Assembly: GCA_043228905.1 (NCBI GenBank)
Contig: JBHGNT010000015.1
Span: 11,036,001 to 11,100,000, forward strand
Length of the DNA: 64,000 bases
Source: Azolla caroliniana
Lineage: Eukaryota; Plantae; Polypodiophyta
Direction of reading: 5' to 3'
Shown here in pieces: positions 49,270-61,325 of the stretch (position 1 is the first letter of the stretch; the number at the start of each line of letters is the position of its first letter). The translations under genes and the position numbers were made by a program. Under the pieces are notes generated by a model that worked only from the letters and a program-made list of their open reading frames with translations, searched no databases and was not told the origin of the DNA.

Positions 49270-52200
49270 GAGAGAGAGAGAGAGAAATTCTATTATCGTC
49301 TTCGAAGGTCAAATGTGACCTATGAGACCAAAAATATTACGTTTCACGTGATACATGTGAAAGTGAGTAGTGACTCTCGATGTTCAAGAACTTTACCAAT
49401 GAATGTTGCAATCGAGAGTGCACATTGTGGTTGTGAGAGAAATTCATGCAAGGATTGGGCTCGGTCGAAGAGATGTGGAAAGCATGATCGAATATGATTA
49501 AAGGCAGAGCATTGTATCAAGGTGTGATACTCAGACTTGTGAACCTGTTTAGGGCAAATTGTGCATAGTCGACCACTCTCATCACTTATGCCCCAACACC
49601 CTGTCTCACATCGCAATGCATGTGAGCTAAGTCGCATGGAAGCAATGGTTCGAATGGCAGATAACGGGATGGGCTCTAACATGTATCAATGTGTATGGTT
49701 TCCACGTTTCGAAAAGAATATGGTTTTTTAGTTAGGTGCAACATGTGTAGTATAATGTGTGAAGCGTGAGCCTCCACATTTGTCCCATGTCATGATACGT
49801 TGGTGTTGCAAAAAGGCCTCATTTATAAAGGAATCTAGTGATGCATAATGAAGCAAGTGTCTTGCATCCCATCTACCAAACCATTTTTCTATATCTTGCA
49901 TCCAACCAAAACACAAAATTTTTGCTTTTATGCGTCTTTTGGGTCTTTTTGCTTGCTTCTCATGCAATTCTAGGAAGTTGATGTGAGGGACTTTTTTGAA
50001 CCTTAAGCATGTATTCAACAACCCTTTCCATGGCCATGATCTCAATGGGAAGCGGTCTGGTCTGAAGGAGGAGGAGGATGTAGGGCGTTTGTTTCCTAAC
50101 TTGTAGAAACTTTGTAAGAAAATATTTTTGGACATTTTCAAACTCTTTCCATGTAGATTTAGGGATGCTACCGCCCCATACTTCCACCCCATAGAGAAGA
50201 ACCGGTGTCACCAAAGTGTTGAAAATATATTTCTTGTGGACCCAACACTTAATATCTCCAAGATTGCATGTGTTCTCAAATGCATAGTATGCTCGCTTAC
50301 CCGCCTCTAAGCAGCATGTAGCACATTCATTTCATATATGATTTGAAGGAACTTCAAGGCCACGATATTTGAAGCTTTCTACACATTCAAGTGGCTCATT
50401 GTTGTATATAATGCATGGTTTATCTCTTTTTTGGCTCTTCACAAGCATAATCTTTGTTTTAAAGCTATTGACACTTAATTTAGTATGCATGCAAAAAATT
50501 TCCAATGTCTTCATAAGCTTTTGTGCATCTCCTAAAGTATTTGCAAAAAGCACTACATCATCTACATATAGCAAAAGCATAATCACAACATTCCCAATGA
50601 AAACTTCTTCAACACATTCTTCCTTTGCAAACTTGGTAACCATTTCTTCCTATTCATCAATGCATAAACCAAATAGTGTTGGTGAGAGTGGGCATCCTTG
50701 CTTAACACCAATAGTGCTTTTGAAAAAATCTGAAAGTTTATCTCTGATGCGCACACAACATATAACCTTCTCATAAAATCAGGAAATTGCAAGCATATAT
50801 TCACTTGGCACCTCAAGTTCTTCCATTCGCCTCCAAAGATGCTCACGAGATACCATATCAAAAGCTTTCTTGAAGTCTATAAAGCAACAATATAAACCTT
50901 TACCTCTAAGGCGACTTTCCTCCATTAATACTCGAAGGGTGACAAGGTGATCAATGGTGCTATGGTGTTTTTGAAAGCTAGCTTGTCCATAAGCTCTCTT
51001 ACCATTTTTTTCAGCCCATACACTTATCTTTGATTCCATTATACATCCAAACAGTTTTGTCATTAATCAGCCAAACATTTCCAAAGTTTCTTGGTGCATT
51101 TCCAAGATGTGCGGTTGGTTGAAAAACATTTGTGTGTACAGGCGAGAATGACTTTCTTGAAAGCTTCCCATTTGCATTCTAGTGTGGCACCATGTTGTAT
51201 CTTTGTCATTTGTAACAAATCCTCAACCATCTTGGAATACATGGGCGCTCGCTTAAGGCTCATGCTCAAGTGCGGTTGTTTATTATCGTGAATAGCCTTC
51301 TCACAATCAAACCTATGCATACATTTGAGATAAATACATAAAGGCCTATGATCGGATTCCGGTGTCCATTCACCAAGTGAGAATTTATGTATATGATCCA
51401 AAATACCTTCAGAAAGTAGCACATAGTCAATCACACTATTTCCGTTGTGTTTTCTACATGTAAAACCATTAGTGTTAGGCCATAAGGAAATACCATTTGC
51501 AATAAGCAATCCGGTACTATTGCACATTTGTAGGAGTAACTTCCCAAATTGGTCCAGATCTTTTTCATCGCTAGAAGAGCGGCTATACATTTGCATATCC
51601 TCTTGCATCCTTGAGATATGTGGCATGAAAGATTATTGTGAATCAAGTTGGAAACTTGTTGTACGAGCATTCATGTCACCAAAGACAATAACTTCCCCTT
51701 TGGATTTGAAATAAGCAATATCATCTTCTAGATTGGCAAAAGGTTGATCTTTATCCAAACAAGCATAAAAGTTAGAATCTTGTTGAGGAATGTAACATCC
51801 AACTACAAACGTGGGCAAATCATTAGGTGTTTCTATTTTGAGCCATATGTAGCATTTATGTTCATCATTTTTTATGATTGACACATATTTCTCTATTTCC
51901 TTCTTAATCAAACATGCCACCCCTCCTTGTCCATTTCTTTGTCTTGGATTTTTCTTCCATATCAAAGAGTGTACATTAAGGTTTCCTAAACCTTGAATCC
52001 TTTGAGTATTATGCTCCCACGTTTCAACAAGAAGTGTGATATCTGAGTCATTGGTAAACTCCTCTATGCCAAATCCCACATTCCATGGGTATCCATTGCA
52101 ATTCCAAAAGCATAGTCGTAAAAGGCGTGGGTTAGTCTCATAGGTCACGTGTCCCTATTTGCCTACATTTCCATCTTTAGGCACATCCTTAACCTTATTT

Positions 52201-52383
52201 TTCAATCTTTCTTCATATGCTTTACGACAAGCATTTTATTGTGAGATAGTATGATCTTCACTCACAAAGCATTACATACCTTTGAGGTATACCCAACTAT
52301 TTTCGAGTATGATCCGCTGCTTTGTATCATCTGTCATTGTGCATACAATAGGCCTTTCTCTAGAGTGAGTAACACCATGTTTC

Positions 52384-52425
<42 letters not shown>
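49270..52425 (-). mobile_element. Degenerate RTEX-like LINE (ORF1 C-terminus, endonuclease, internally deleted RT, CCHC finger, short 3' UTR) with (TC)n on both sides
   Basis: FWNCNG..LVETW..GDMNAR (51633-52148); FIDFKKAFD, GVKQGCPLSP and LYVDD (50332-51063); RLCTIC..EYHTLIQC (49344-49682). ORF1 remnant RPIVC..FVSEDHT at 52158-52385. Confidence 0.92.
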
Positions 52426-52431
<6 letters not shown>

Positions 52432-52959
52432 GTGTGTCTGTGTAGCGAGAGAGGACTATTTTCAAAATCTGAAAATGGAAGGGGTACCTTGGATATTTCA
52501 AAAACTATTCAGAGTATTTTGCGAATTTCATACAAAAAGAGGGGTATTTCCATGATAATAACTATTACGAAAAAATTCTAGTGATAAGACTCCAAATTGG
52601 ATTACTCATTTTCGATCACCAAAGATTCTCCAAACATAACTCAATTCAATAAACCTCAAATGTTTTTGGTGTCTTGTTCAACTAAGCTAGAGAATGACAT
52701 AGTTTTAACTATGTGCATATACATGTGCAAACGTTTTGTACATCATTGAGAAAATAGAGATCGATGAATAAAACTATTCTAGCATTTAATTATGTAACTT
52801 CTTTTACAATATAAATGCAAGTGAAACTATCCACAAATATTAAGTGCATGTGACTTATTATTAGCAAAGTCAAATCGGAAACAAGTAGAGAAATTCATAA
52901 AGTGATTGTGATTGAGATTGGTCATACGAATGGATGTGTATTTGATTGAAATGGACCCA

Positions 52960-53479
52960 GAGATTGCGATTGAGAATCAAAGTGAGAGTAGGCAACTTGA
53001 GTGCATCAAACACAAACAATTGCTCGGTATGGTTTATTGCTTCAAGGGATGACATAACATAGGCGGGCTTCTAAGTTCTTTCCAAAGAGACATAATTTTG
53101 ACTATATTACTATTAAGGATGGGATCAAATTCATTGCTTCAATTATATATCTCTTTAATTATTAATAGTTACGAATGTATGGTGAACATAAAATGAGAAC
53201 ACACATTATGAGTTGCATTATGGTTTAGATTGTGATTAAGAATCAAAGTGAGAGTAGGCAACTCAAGTGCATCAAACACAAATAATAGCTTGGTATGGTT
53301 GATTGCTTCAAGGGATGACATATTGACAGAACACAAGAGGGCTTCTTTCCAAAGATCCACACTTTTGACTATATTACTATTAACGATGGGATCAAATTCA
53401 TATCTCTTTAATTATGAATAGTCACGAATGTATGGTGAACATAAAATGAGACCACACATTATGAGCTGTATTATGGTTT
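52960..53479. repeat. Tandem duplication of a ~260-bp unit
   Basis: AGAATCAAAGTGAGAGTAGGCAAC...GAATGTATGGTGAACATAAAATGAG occurs twice head-to-tail. Confidence 0.8.
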
Positions 53480-55661
53480 TCGACCTTTTTTCTCATTGCA
53501 TTTAATAATTCTCTCATTCAGAGACAACAATACTGAAGTTTAAGTTTGACGTGTTAATAGGGTCCACTAACTTTAGCAATGCAACCAATTCATTAAAGAC
53601 TAAGTTGGACATCATTGCAATAAGGTCCACTAATCTCAACACTCCAACTAATCTATTAAAGTTCAAATTGGACTTCATTGTCACGTTGATTAATAATGCA
53701 CAACAATGCAACAAGTCTAAGAGTTTCTCCCGGTTTCACAAGTCTTTTCTAATGTTTATTATCATAACCATGAACAAAAAAATTCAAAGTGGTGGCCAAC
53801 TTGAAACCGTTGAGTGGATATGCACGTCAAAATATCTCAATACAATGTTCATAGATTGAGCGATCATCATCACAAAAATATTACTTGTTTAATCCAAGGG
53901 TAGTTGCATTACAAACTAGATATGTGATGCTAAGGGTCAATGTGAAAACATTGTCTATATCCATCTTATAAGATCTTTTGGATGCACCACGTTTCGATAC
54001 TACAAGTTCATGAGCTTACTAATCATGATTTTAATGGGAAACGTTTTGCACTCAGGGTTTGGCCAAAATTGAATCTTATAAAAAAATTAATGACATTGTT
54101 ATACTTCTAAATTGGGTGGATGTTACCCCATCCTATGACCAATATTTCAAAATATGTGAAGATTCTAGAACGTCAAGGATGGCTCAATTCACAGTTGCAA
54201 TGTGAAATTTATGACAAACTTGCTAAAAGCAACTCCCAATGTTTCCTCCCCCCCTCCCATGACAAACCTCTTTCCTATAATTTACGAGAATCGTTTTGGA
54301 CTATAACAAATTCATAAAAGGACCAAGACTAACTCTAACATTTTTCATTGTCGAAAACAAAAAATATGTTGACATGATGGTGTACTAGTAAATATTGTAT
54401 ACATTTTATCTTTTAAGCTTTCGGGTTGGGGTCTCAAGCAATAGCCCACAGGCTCAATGTTTATTTCTATTTTTCCATTTGAGATGGTGCAAAAAGGTTG
54501 TTCATATTTTATGTTTCAATGCATTGATCTATTGTTTGAAGACAATATCATGGCCTTAATGTAATGCATAACAAAACATGTGAGGTATATATGTCATTAC
54601 TTATAATACTAAGACAAAACACAAATAGAATAAGGATATTCCGTTCAAAGTGTTTTTCTATATCAAAGACACGAGGATCCATTGTTAATGTATTGTATAG
54701 ATTATCTATTGTTGTACTCAAGAGTAGGGTAGATGAGTTCTTTGTTATATGCACACACGATCCTATCACAATGGCAACTATATTGAGGATTGATAACACA
54801 TTACAACATAGAGAAAGGGGGAGAGAAGACTACATGAGATCAAAATACACTTGCATGACCACCCAATTCCTTAACCACTTTATTCAACTTTATTTCTTTT
54901 ATAATACAATGCATCAAATCAGAAATCCCAGATAATAAGTTTTCTCTTTCACAATGGTTGTTTACGCATAATAAGTATGTAAATGAACGAATGTGGAAGG
55001 AATGTGTATGTAGTATAATCCTTGTAGAGAGATATGGCCGATGTCAAAGGAATGTATGTATACTATAATGCTTGTAAAGAGAGATAAGGCCAATGTCTAG
55101 AACAACAAAATGCTCTCAACAAACTGATGGGTTGAATAGTTGATTGAGGGATAAGTAGATAAAGAATGGATAAAATACGAGCCGGCGAATAACATATACG
55201 GTTGGGAATGTTCGGGGATACATAGAGGTTGAGAGCAAGGAAAGAGGCCCGAGTCGAGGAGGAGACTCTGAACATAGGCTTAGGCACAAAATGTTGCTAG
55301 CTCCTAGAGATGATGTCCTAAAGGAATGTAGTGAATCATGCATATGGGTGCTCCTCTAAAGCACCGACATGTGGACTCGATCGAATAGTTGAGTGGGAGT
55401 GAGGGAACCCACCCATCATCAAGTAGGCTCTAGGAAATAAATAAATAAAGGTAAAGGATTGTAAAGAACTATCCAATATGTATATGCATGTATGGGAGTA
55501 GGAAGGATGTGTGTGTGTGTGTTTCTCTTTATGTATACATAATATATATATACACACAAACACACACACACACATTATATATATATATATGTCTATATGT
55601 ATATAATGATGACCTATGTATCATAAGTTTGGATGATTTCCTTGGGGTCTTGCTGTTTGCT

Positions 55662-57323
55662 CTACTGGAATCGGACCCACGTTGCCTGGCTTGGGATCCC
55701 ACTATTCACCACAAAGAGGAGATAGTAGCCGGCCGGTGCCGCCACGCTGTTGGGAGGTGCCGTGACGGTCGAGATAAACCGTGCCCCGTTCTGAACCGCG
55801 GGTGTCGCAGCCAGCACTAGCTGCCTTTGATTCATCGAATATGTGTGGGTAGTGAAGGGCGGTGCGTAGATCCGATACTCCACTGTCCCGACCCGCCCGC
55901 TCGGCACGCTAAATGCCACCGTGAATGTGCCCCCGTAGCCGACATCCCCCTTCGAGATCCCGGTTATCTTCGGCCTCACATTGTTGTACTGGTCGTCCAG
56001 ATAGTAGGGATGGTACGCCTCGAGCCGCAGCTCGGTCTTGAAGGGCACCCCCGCGAATGTGTAGCCCACGTTGGGGTTGCTACCGCCCACTAGCACCCTC
56101 CCGTCGGGCAGCAGGTTCGCGGTGGAATGATAGAGCCTCGGGATTCCGGTGCCGGCCAGGACTTGGAATCTCCCGCCCACCGCCGCGGTGGGCTGGTAGA
56201 GGACTGGATTCAGGTTGGGATTGGCGGCATTGAGCCATCCAGCTGCCCCGGTTTTCGCGCCATTCACGATGAGAACCTCGCCCGTGGGGAGTATGAGCAT
56301 GTCTCCCATGACTCGAGCGGATGGCATGTTCTCCATCGCCCACTGAGGGTTGGGATCGGTGATCACGAGACGGCCGCAGCTCGTGAGGGTGGACACTTGG
56401 CCGCGCCTCGAATTGGCCATCTCGTAGCCGCCTTTAGGCGATCCACCGCAGACGAGCACCTCGACGCGCTTGAATCCATCGTTGTGAGAGAGGGGCAGAA
56501 TGACGGAGGAGCCGGAGGACGGGTAGTTGCGGGGGCCACCGGGGATGTCGGGGTAGGTGCGGACGACTCGGTTGTTCTTGTAATCCAGCAGGATCGACTT
56601 CTGGTTCGCGAACACGAAGAGGTTCCCGTCGGATGAGAGGTGGAGGAAAGGGTAGAGATTGTCCTCGGCGCCCGCGACATTGGTTTCGCGGAGGAGCTGC
56701 AATGGGATGGGGTTACCGCGGGAGGGGACGAATTCGTAGCTGAAAGAGCCGCGGCCACCGACCACGATGACGGTGCCATCGGGGAGGATCTGATTGGATG
56801 CGTACCACCGGCTGGCGCCCATGGCAGGGTAGGCCTCGTTCCAGTCACATGTGCCGCCGGGGGCCGCACATGGATAGAAGCGGCGCACCGCCTTGGCTCC
56901 GTCATTGTACCCCCCCGTGGAGAGGAGGGTGCCGTCCGAGAGGAAGGCGCCCGAGGAGCACCAGGTGTCAGAGAGGACCTCGAGGGGGCGGAATGTGTTT
57001 TGGGCGATGGAGTATTCGATGGAGTGGGCATAGCAATCGTGGGTGAGGGCGAGGTCGTTTGGGTCATTGCGGCAACGGCCGTCCGGGAGGCGGAGCTGGG
57101 AGGGCCCGTAGTCGGTGCGGTCGAAGATGATGACCGTGTTCTGGTGGGTGAGGGTCATGTGCATGGCCGACACTCCCGAGTTCTCGACCAGAAGGTGCCA
57201 GCTGCCGGCCGAGCTGCCTGCCGCCCATGCCGATGAGGGAACAAGGATGAGCAGCATCAGAAGAAGCATCATTGGTAGTCGTAGTGGTGGCCAAGCCGCT
57301 GCCGCCGTGGACAAGAGGGACAT
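55662..57323 (-). CDS. GLOX: Secreted glyoxal/aldehyde oxidase (copper-radical oxidase, GLOX-like), intronless, 553 aa
   Basis: Hydrophobic signal peptide. GVSAMHM, DTWCSSG, RWYASN, NLYPF, RNYPSSGSS, RVMGDM, PRLYHSTA and FTTHTYSMNQR motifs. GC-rich codon usage. Confidence 0.96.
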   Translation of the reverse strand: MSLLSTAAAAWPPLRLPMMLLLMLLILVPSSAWAAGSSAGSWHLLVENSGVSAMHMTLTHQNTVIIFDRTDYGPSQLRLPDGRCRNDPNDLALTHDCYAHSIEYSIAQNTFRPLEVLSDTWCSSGAFLSDGTLLSTGGYNDGAKAVRRFYPCAAPGGTCDWNEAYPAMGASRWYASNQILPDGTVIVVGGRGSFSYEFVPSRGNPIPLQLLRETNVAGAEDNLYPFLHLSSDGNLFVFANQKSILLDYKNNRVVRTYPDIPGGPRNYPSSGSSVILPLSHNDGFKRVEVLVCGGSPKGGYEMANSRRGQVSTLTSCGRLVITDPNPQWAMENMPSARVMGDMLILPTGEVLIVNGAKTGAAGWLNAANPNLNPVLYQPTAAVGGRFQVLAGTGIPRLYHSTANLLPDGRVLVGGSNPNVGYTFAGVPFKTELRLEAYHPYYLDDQYNNVRPKITGISKGDVGYGGTFTVAFSVPSGRVGTVEYRIYAPPFTTHTYSMNQRQLVLAATPAVQNGARFISTVTAPPNSVAAPAGYYLLFVVNSGIPSQATWVRFQ

Positions 57324-57593
57324 TGTGGAAGGAAGGAAGGAAGGAAGGAAGGAATGGGATGGATCTTGGAATAATGGATCTCTTGTAATGTAATGTAGGA
57401 AAGGAAGGAAGTAAGTTATGTTATGTTATGTAGTAAGTTGTAACTTGTAAGTAAGTAAGTGTTTATTTTGGTTCAAGAGACAAGAAAGATAGAGGCGCAC
57501 ACACACATATATATAATATATCTATATGTATGTACATTATACATACATAGATAGATAGCTATAGAGAGTTAGAGAGAGAGAGAGAGAGAGAGA

Positions 57594-57630
<37 letters not shown>

Positions 57631-57889
57631 AGAAAGAGGGCCACCACGTGGGTGTGCAGCAGCCTCCCTGAGTCACTCACGAGTCACGACTCACAGTGCC
57701 AGAGGGACACACACACACAGACAGACAGACAGAGAGAGAGAGACGGCACAACCAACCCACCACATTTCTTCTTCTTCTTCTTCTTCTTCTTTCATTCTTT
57801 CTCCTTCTTCTTCTTCTTATTTTTCTTTAAGTCGGCCTCTATCCAAACCAATAAAACAAAAGGCAACACACACACGATGTTTTCATTTG

Positions 57890-57930
<41 letters not shown>

Positions 57931-58032
57931 AATTTTGTGAGAGGGGGACTCCCCTTTACCCTTCCCTTGACCAAGTCCTCCTCCCCCCTCCTTTTGTGTC
58001 ACTATATTTTGTCTCTTACCTAATCCTCCTCC

Positions 58033-58070
<38 letters not shown>
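57324..58070 (-). promoter_or_regulatory. 5' UTR/proximal promoter of GLOX with stacked microsatellites, a TATA-like tract near 57507-57520, CACGTG near 57645 and TGAGTCA-like motifs at 57669-57692
   Basis: Position upstream of the ATG. The motifs are visible in the sequence; function is untested. Confidence 0.4.
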
Positions 58071-58072
<2 letters not shown>

Positions 58073-61062
58073 CCTCCTTGCGCATGCATTGTCCATGCTA
58101 ACCATGCCCGAGCACACTCTACATATCGTCCACCGTTCACTACATCACCTTGTTTCTCTTCGACCCATCATGTTAAGACTCCATGCTCTCTTAACATCAT
58201 GACACACTCGAAACCCCCCCCCCCCACCCCCCCACTTCCTCACTATGGCTACATCTGAGATCGGCTTACTTTGATGGCTCCCAAATTCGTTTGCACCGGA
58301 TAACCACTACATGCTCTTTACTACGAGCAAGGTCTCAATATTCACTTGCTCATTATTTTTCAAATGCACAAAGCTCCCCTAGAAAGAAACCTAGGGTTGT
58401 GTGCACACACTACCATATTGCGGAATAAAAAAACATTACATTGGTTCTTTAATGGTCACGTCTGGTCTTCCCATAAGTAATTAACATATCAAATTCATGT
58501 CAACGGTAGTCCAAGCTAGGACTAAGTGACTCAACGAAGCATCATCATTGTAAAGTCCTACTCTGTCGTTGCAACTTAAAAAACACGTCCTTGTCAAATG
58601 GAACCTCTACGATTCGTACATACTTATGTTTGTAATTAGAAATATGTTCTCTTCGAGAGAAGCCCTATAATTAGAAGCCTCCGACTTGTCAACGTGGTCA
58701 TTTGATTACATGTTTTTCAATATAACATCCTAGGTCATTGAACTTAGACGTCATGCATGCGCACACACAGCTTTGATCGTAACTCCGATTACACATCAGC
58801 ATTCAACATGTATGTTTTAAATATCTATTCGTGCTAGATAAAATTAATAGTTTTGATAAATTCCCCATAATGATTGGTGCGCCAATACAAATAAGAAACT
58901 TTTGCTAATCTCCAAAAAACAAATAGCTAGACAAATGCTAATATTCTTGAAATATGTCAAGCTTCTTTTTTTCATACTCTAGATTGAAATTATATAAACA
59001 TTAATAAATCAATCTAAATGACATTTTCTTCTATTATATTAGCAACAAGGAGAAGCTTGTAACATCTAGGCTAACTAACAAGCCCACATATTGCCTTTAC
59101 TTACAGTTTTAGAGGATCCTAGTTGATGCTTCACACTAGTAATCATCAATATATCATATCATAGTTTGAATTAATTTGCCATTTTTGTTATTGACTATAT
59201 GTGAAATCGAGTGTCAACAAATATCTCATCGACAATTTGATGACACTCTACCTCCATGGGGTTTTTACACTTTGAGGTTACCATTGCTTCTCCATGAGGT
59301 TGATATATGAAAGTTATTGCATCTCAACATGCACATAGAAGAGGTCTAAAAGTATCCTACCACATTTCTTTATGATGTTTCTCCAATGATGAGATGCAAA
59401 TACCACAAGTGCTACTACACCTTGAGATGACTTCCCATTTTAAATGTAGGCATGCATGGAGAGGATTGTGAAACATTAGCTTAATATTCATTAAACAACT
59501 CCATGCATGCTCCCAAATTTAATTGCATGGGAATCGAATAAAGTGCTCAAAAGACAACGAAAGCTAAACATTCATTTTTGGATGGATGAAAGGTAAAAGA
59601 TATGGTTTGGAAGATATGATATTTCATTTTGGCCTCACGGTTTCTCAATTATAGATTCCTTAATGAATGAGTCTTTTTGCAGCACTAATGTATCTCTTCT
59701 ATAAAGAGAGAGACGCACATTGTATCACATATATTGTTCACTAAACTACAAAACCATCTTCTTCTCTAAACACGCACGCAATGCTCACCCATATATGCTA
59801 GAGCCATTCTCATATCCGCAAAATGCACGAACACTTTTATTCAACTTAGATCTAAATTTCTTTTATGTGAGAGGAAGCATTTGGAGCCCTCACACTAGCA
59901 CTTGTCGACTATGCATGTCTTTCTTGCCTTAAACAAGTTTGCAAGCCTAACTATCAAACTCTTCTACAATATGCCTCACCTCAAACAAAAACCTAAGCGT
60001 GCTTTCCTCATATTTTCAACCACACCCTATCCCTACACATTTTCTCTCTCTCAACCACAATGTGTAGTCTTTACAATATCCATCAGGAAAATTGTTGAAC
60101 ATGGAAAATCATTTGGCAATTCCTCACACACTACATGAAAGCATTTCACTTTGAATCCCATAATTCATGTTAACCTTAGAGGATGATGAAGAAAGCACTC
60201 TCGAAACACACAATTATATTGATAAATGTGTGTGAAAAATGGTACGATAGTTGTCTCACCCCTTCACAAGTACTAGGACATGCTAAATCACAAAAAGGCA
60301 AGACCAGCTCTCCACATAGGAAAGAATTTCCACTTGCTACAATAAGCAAAGTTGCCACATCGATACTCCCTTCAACTTCCGTCGATATGCTCTAACTTCA
60401 GTTCTACCATCAAATGCAAAAACATTATGCATATCTCATAACTGACACAATCCTCAATATCTCATAAAAAGGAAAACGATCTCCATCTCTCATATCTCCC
60501 TCATAAATAGTACGTGAGTAAAAACGTGTACAAAAACAACATGGCAACAAAAAAACTCTTCTTATCCCTACAACATGTGAGAATCTTATGGCAAGGTGAA
60601 CTTTGTAAGTCGACGTAAAGGCAAACTCCTAGGTGTCTATTCTCTTTCATGTTTTTGACACTTTAAAACCTCTTTTATGTCATGTTCCCTTATGTTGTCA
60701 TTTTGAAATGGAAGTCCTGAATTGTCCTCTAAGTCTTGATTTACATAACAACTATTATTACGTCTATAATTAATCTCATGTTTTAATTGGGATCAATATC
60801 TTCAAATCAAGGTCTAATTAGAGTGAATAATAAATAAGTTCAAAATTTTCATTTAATCTTAAAGATATCGTGAGCATATAACAAACATAAGATTATATTT
60901 TTAGGAAAACACATTTTAAGTAAATGACATAATGAATGAAAGAGAATGTTTTGCACAATTCTTTTGAATGAATCATTCCTCGTTGGCTTCAAGGGATCAA
61001 CTATCTTCTCAAACATTGTCATAAAACCAACAACATAGGCCTCAATCTAAAAGCATCAAAAT

Positions 61063-61325
61063 CATGTCTTTAGCCAAGTGAATAACAGAGCTTGACCAGA
61101 CAAGCATCAAGGCTCCTCAAGTGAGATATTGTACAAGAGAGGAGAATCTAGAATCATCAGAGGCATGTCCCTAGCCAAGTGAATGACAGAGCTTGACCAG
61201 ACAAGCATCGAGGCTCCTCAAGTGAGATTTTGTTCAAAGGCATGTCCTTAGCCAAGTGAATGGTAGAGCTTGACCAAACAAGCATCGAGGCACCTCAAGT
61301 GAGACATTGTACAAGAGAGGAGACT
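61063..61325. repeat. Three tandem copies of a ~80-100-bp unit
   Basis: CATGTC..TAGCCAAGTGAAT..AGAGCTTGACCA.ACAAGCATC.AGGC.CCTCAAGTGAGA occurs three times. Confidence 0.85.

Noticed and set aside
54990-55370. Possible solo LTR downstream of GLOX with a ~50-bp duplication
   Set aside because: No convincing termini or TSD.
55827-57393. Overlapping and antisense ORFs in GLOX
   Set aside because: Expected shadow ORFs of a GC-rich coding region; no recognisable motifs.
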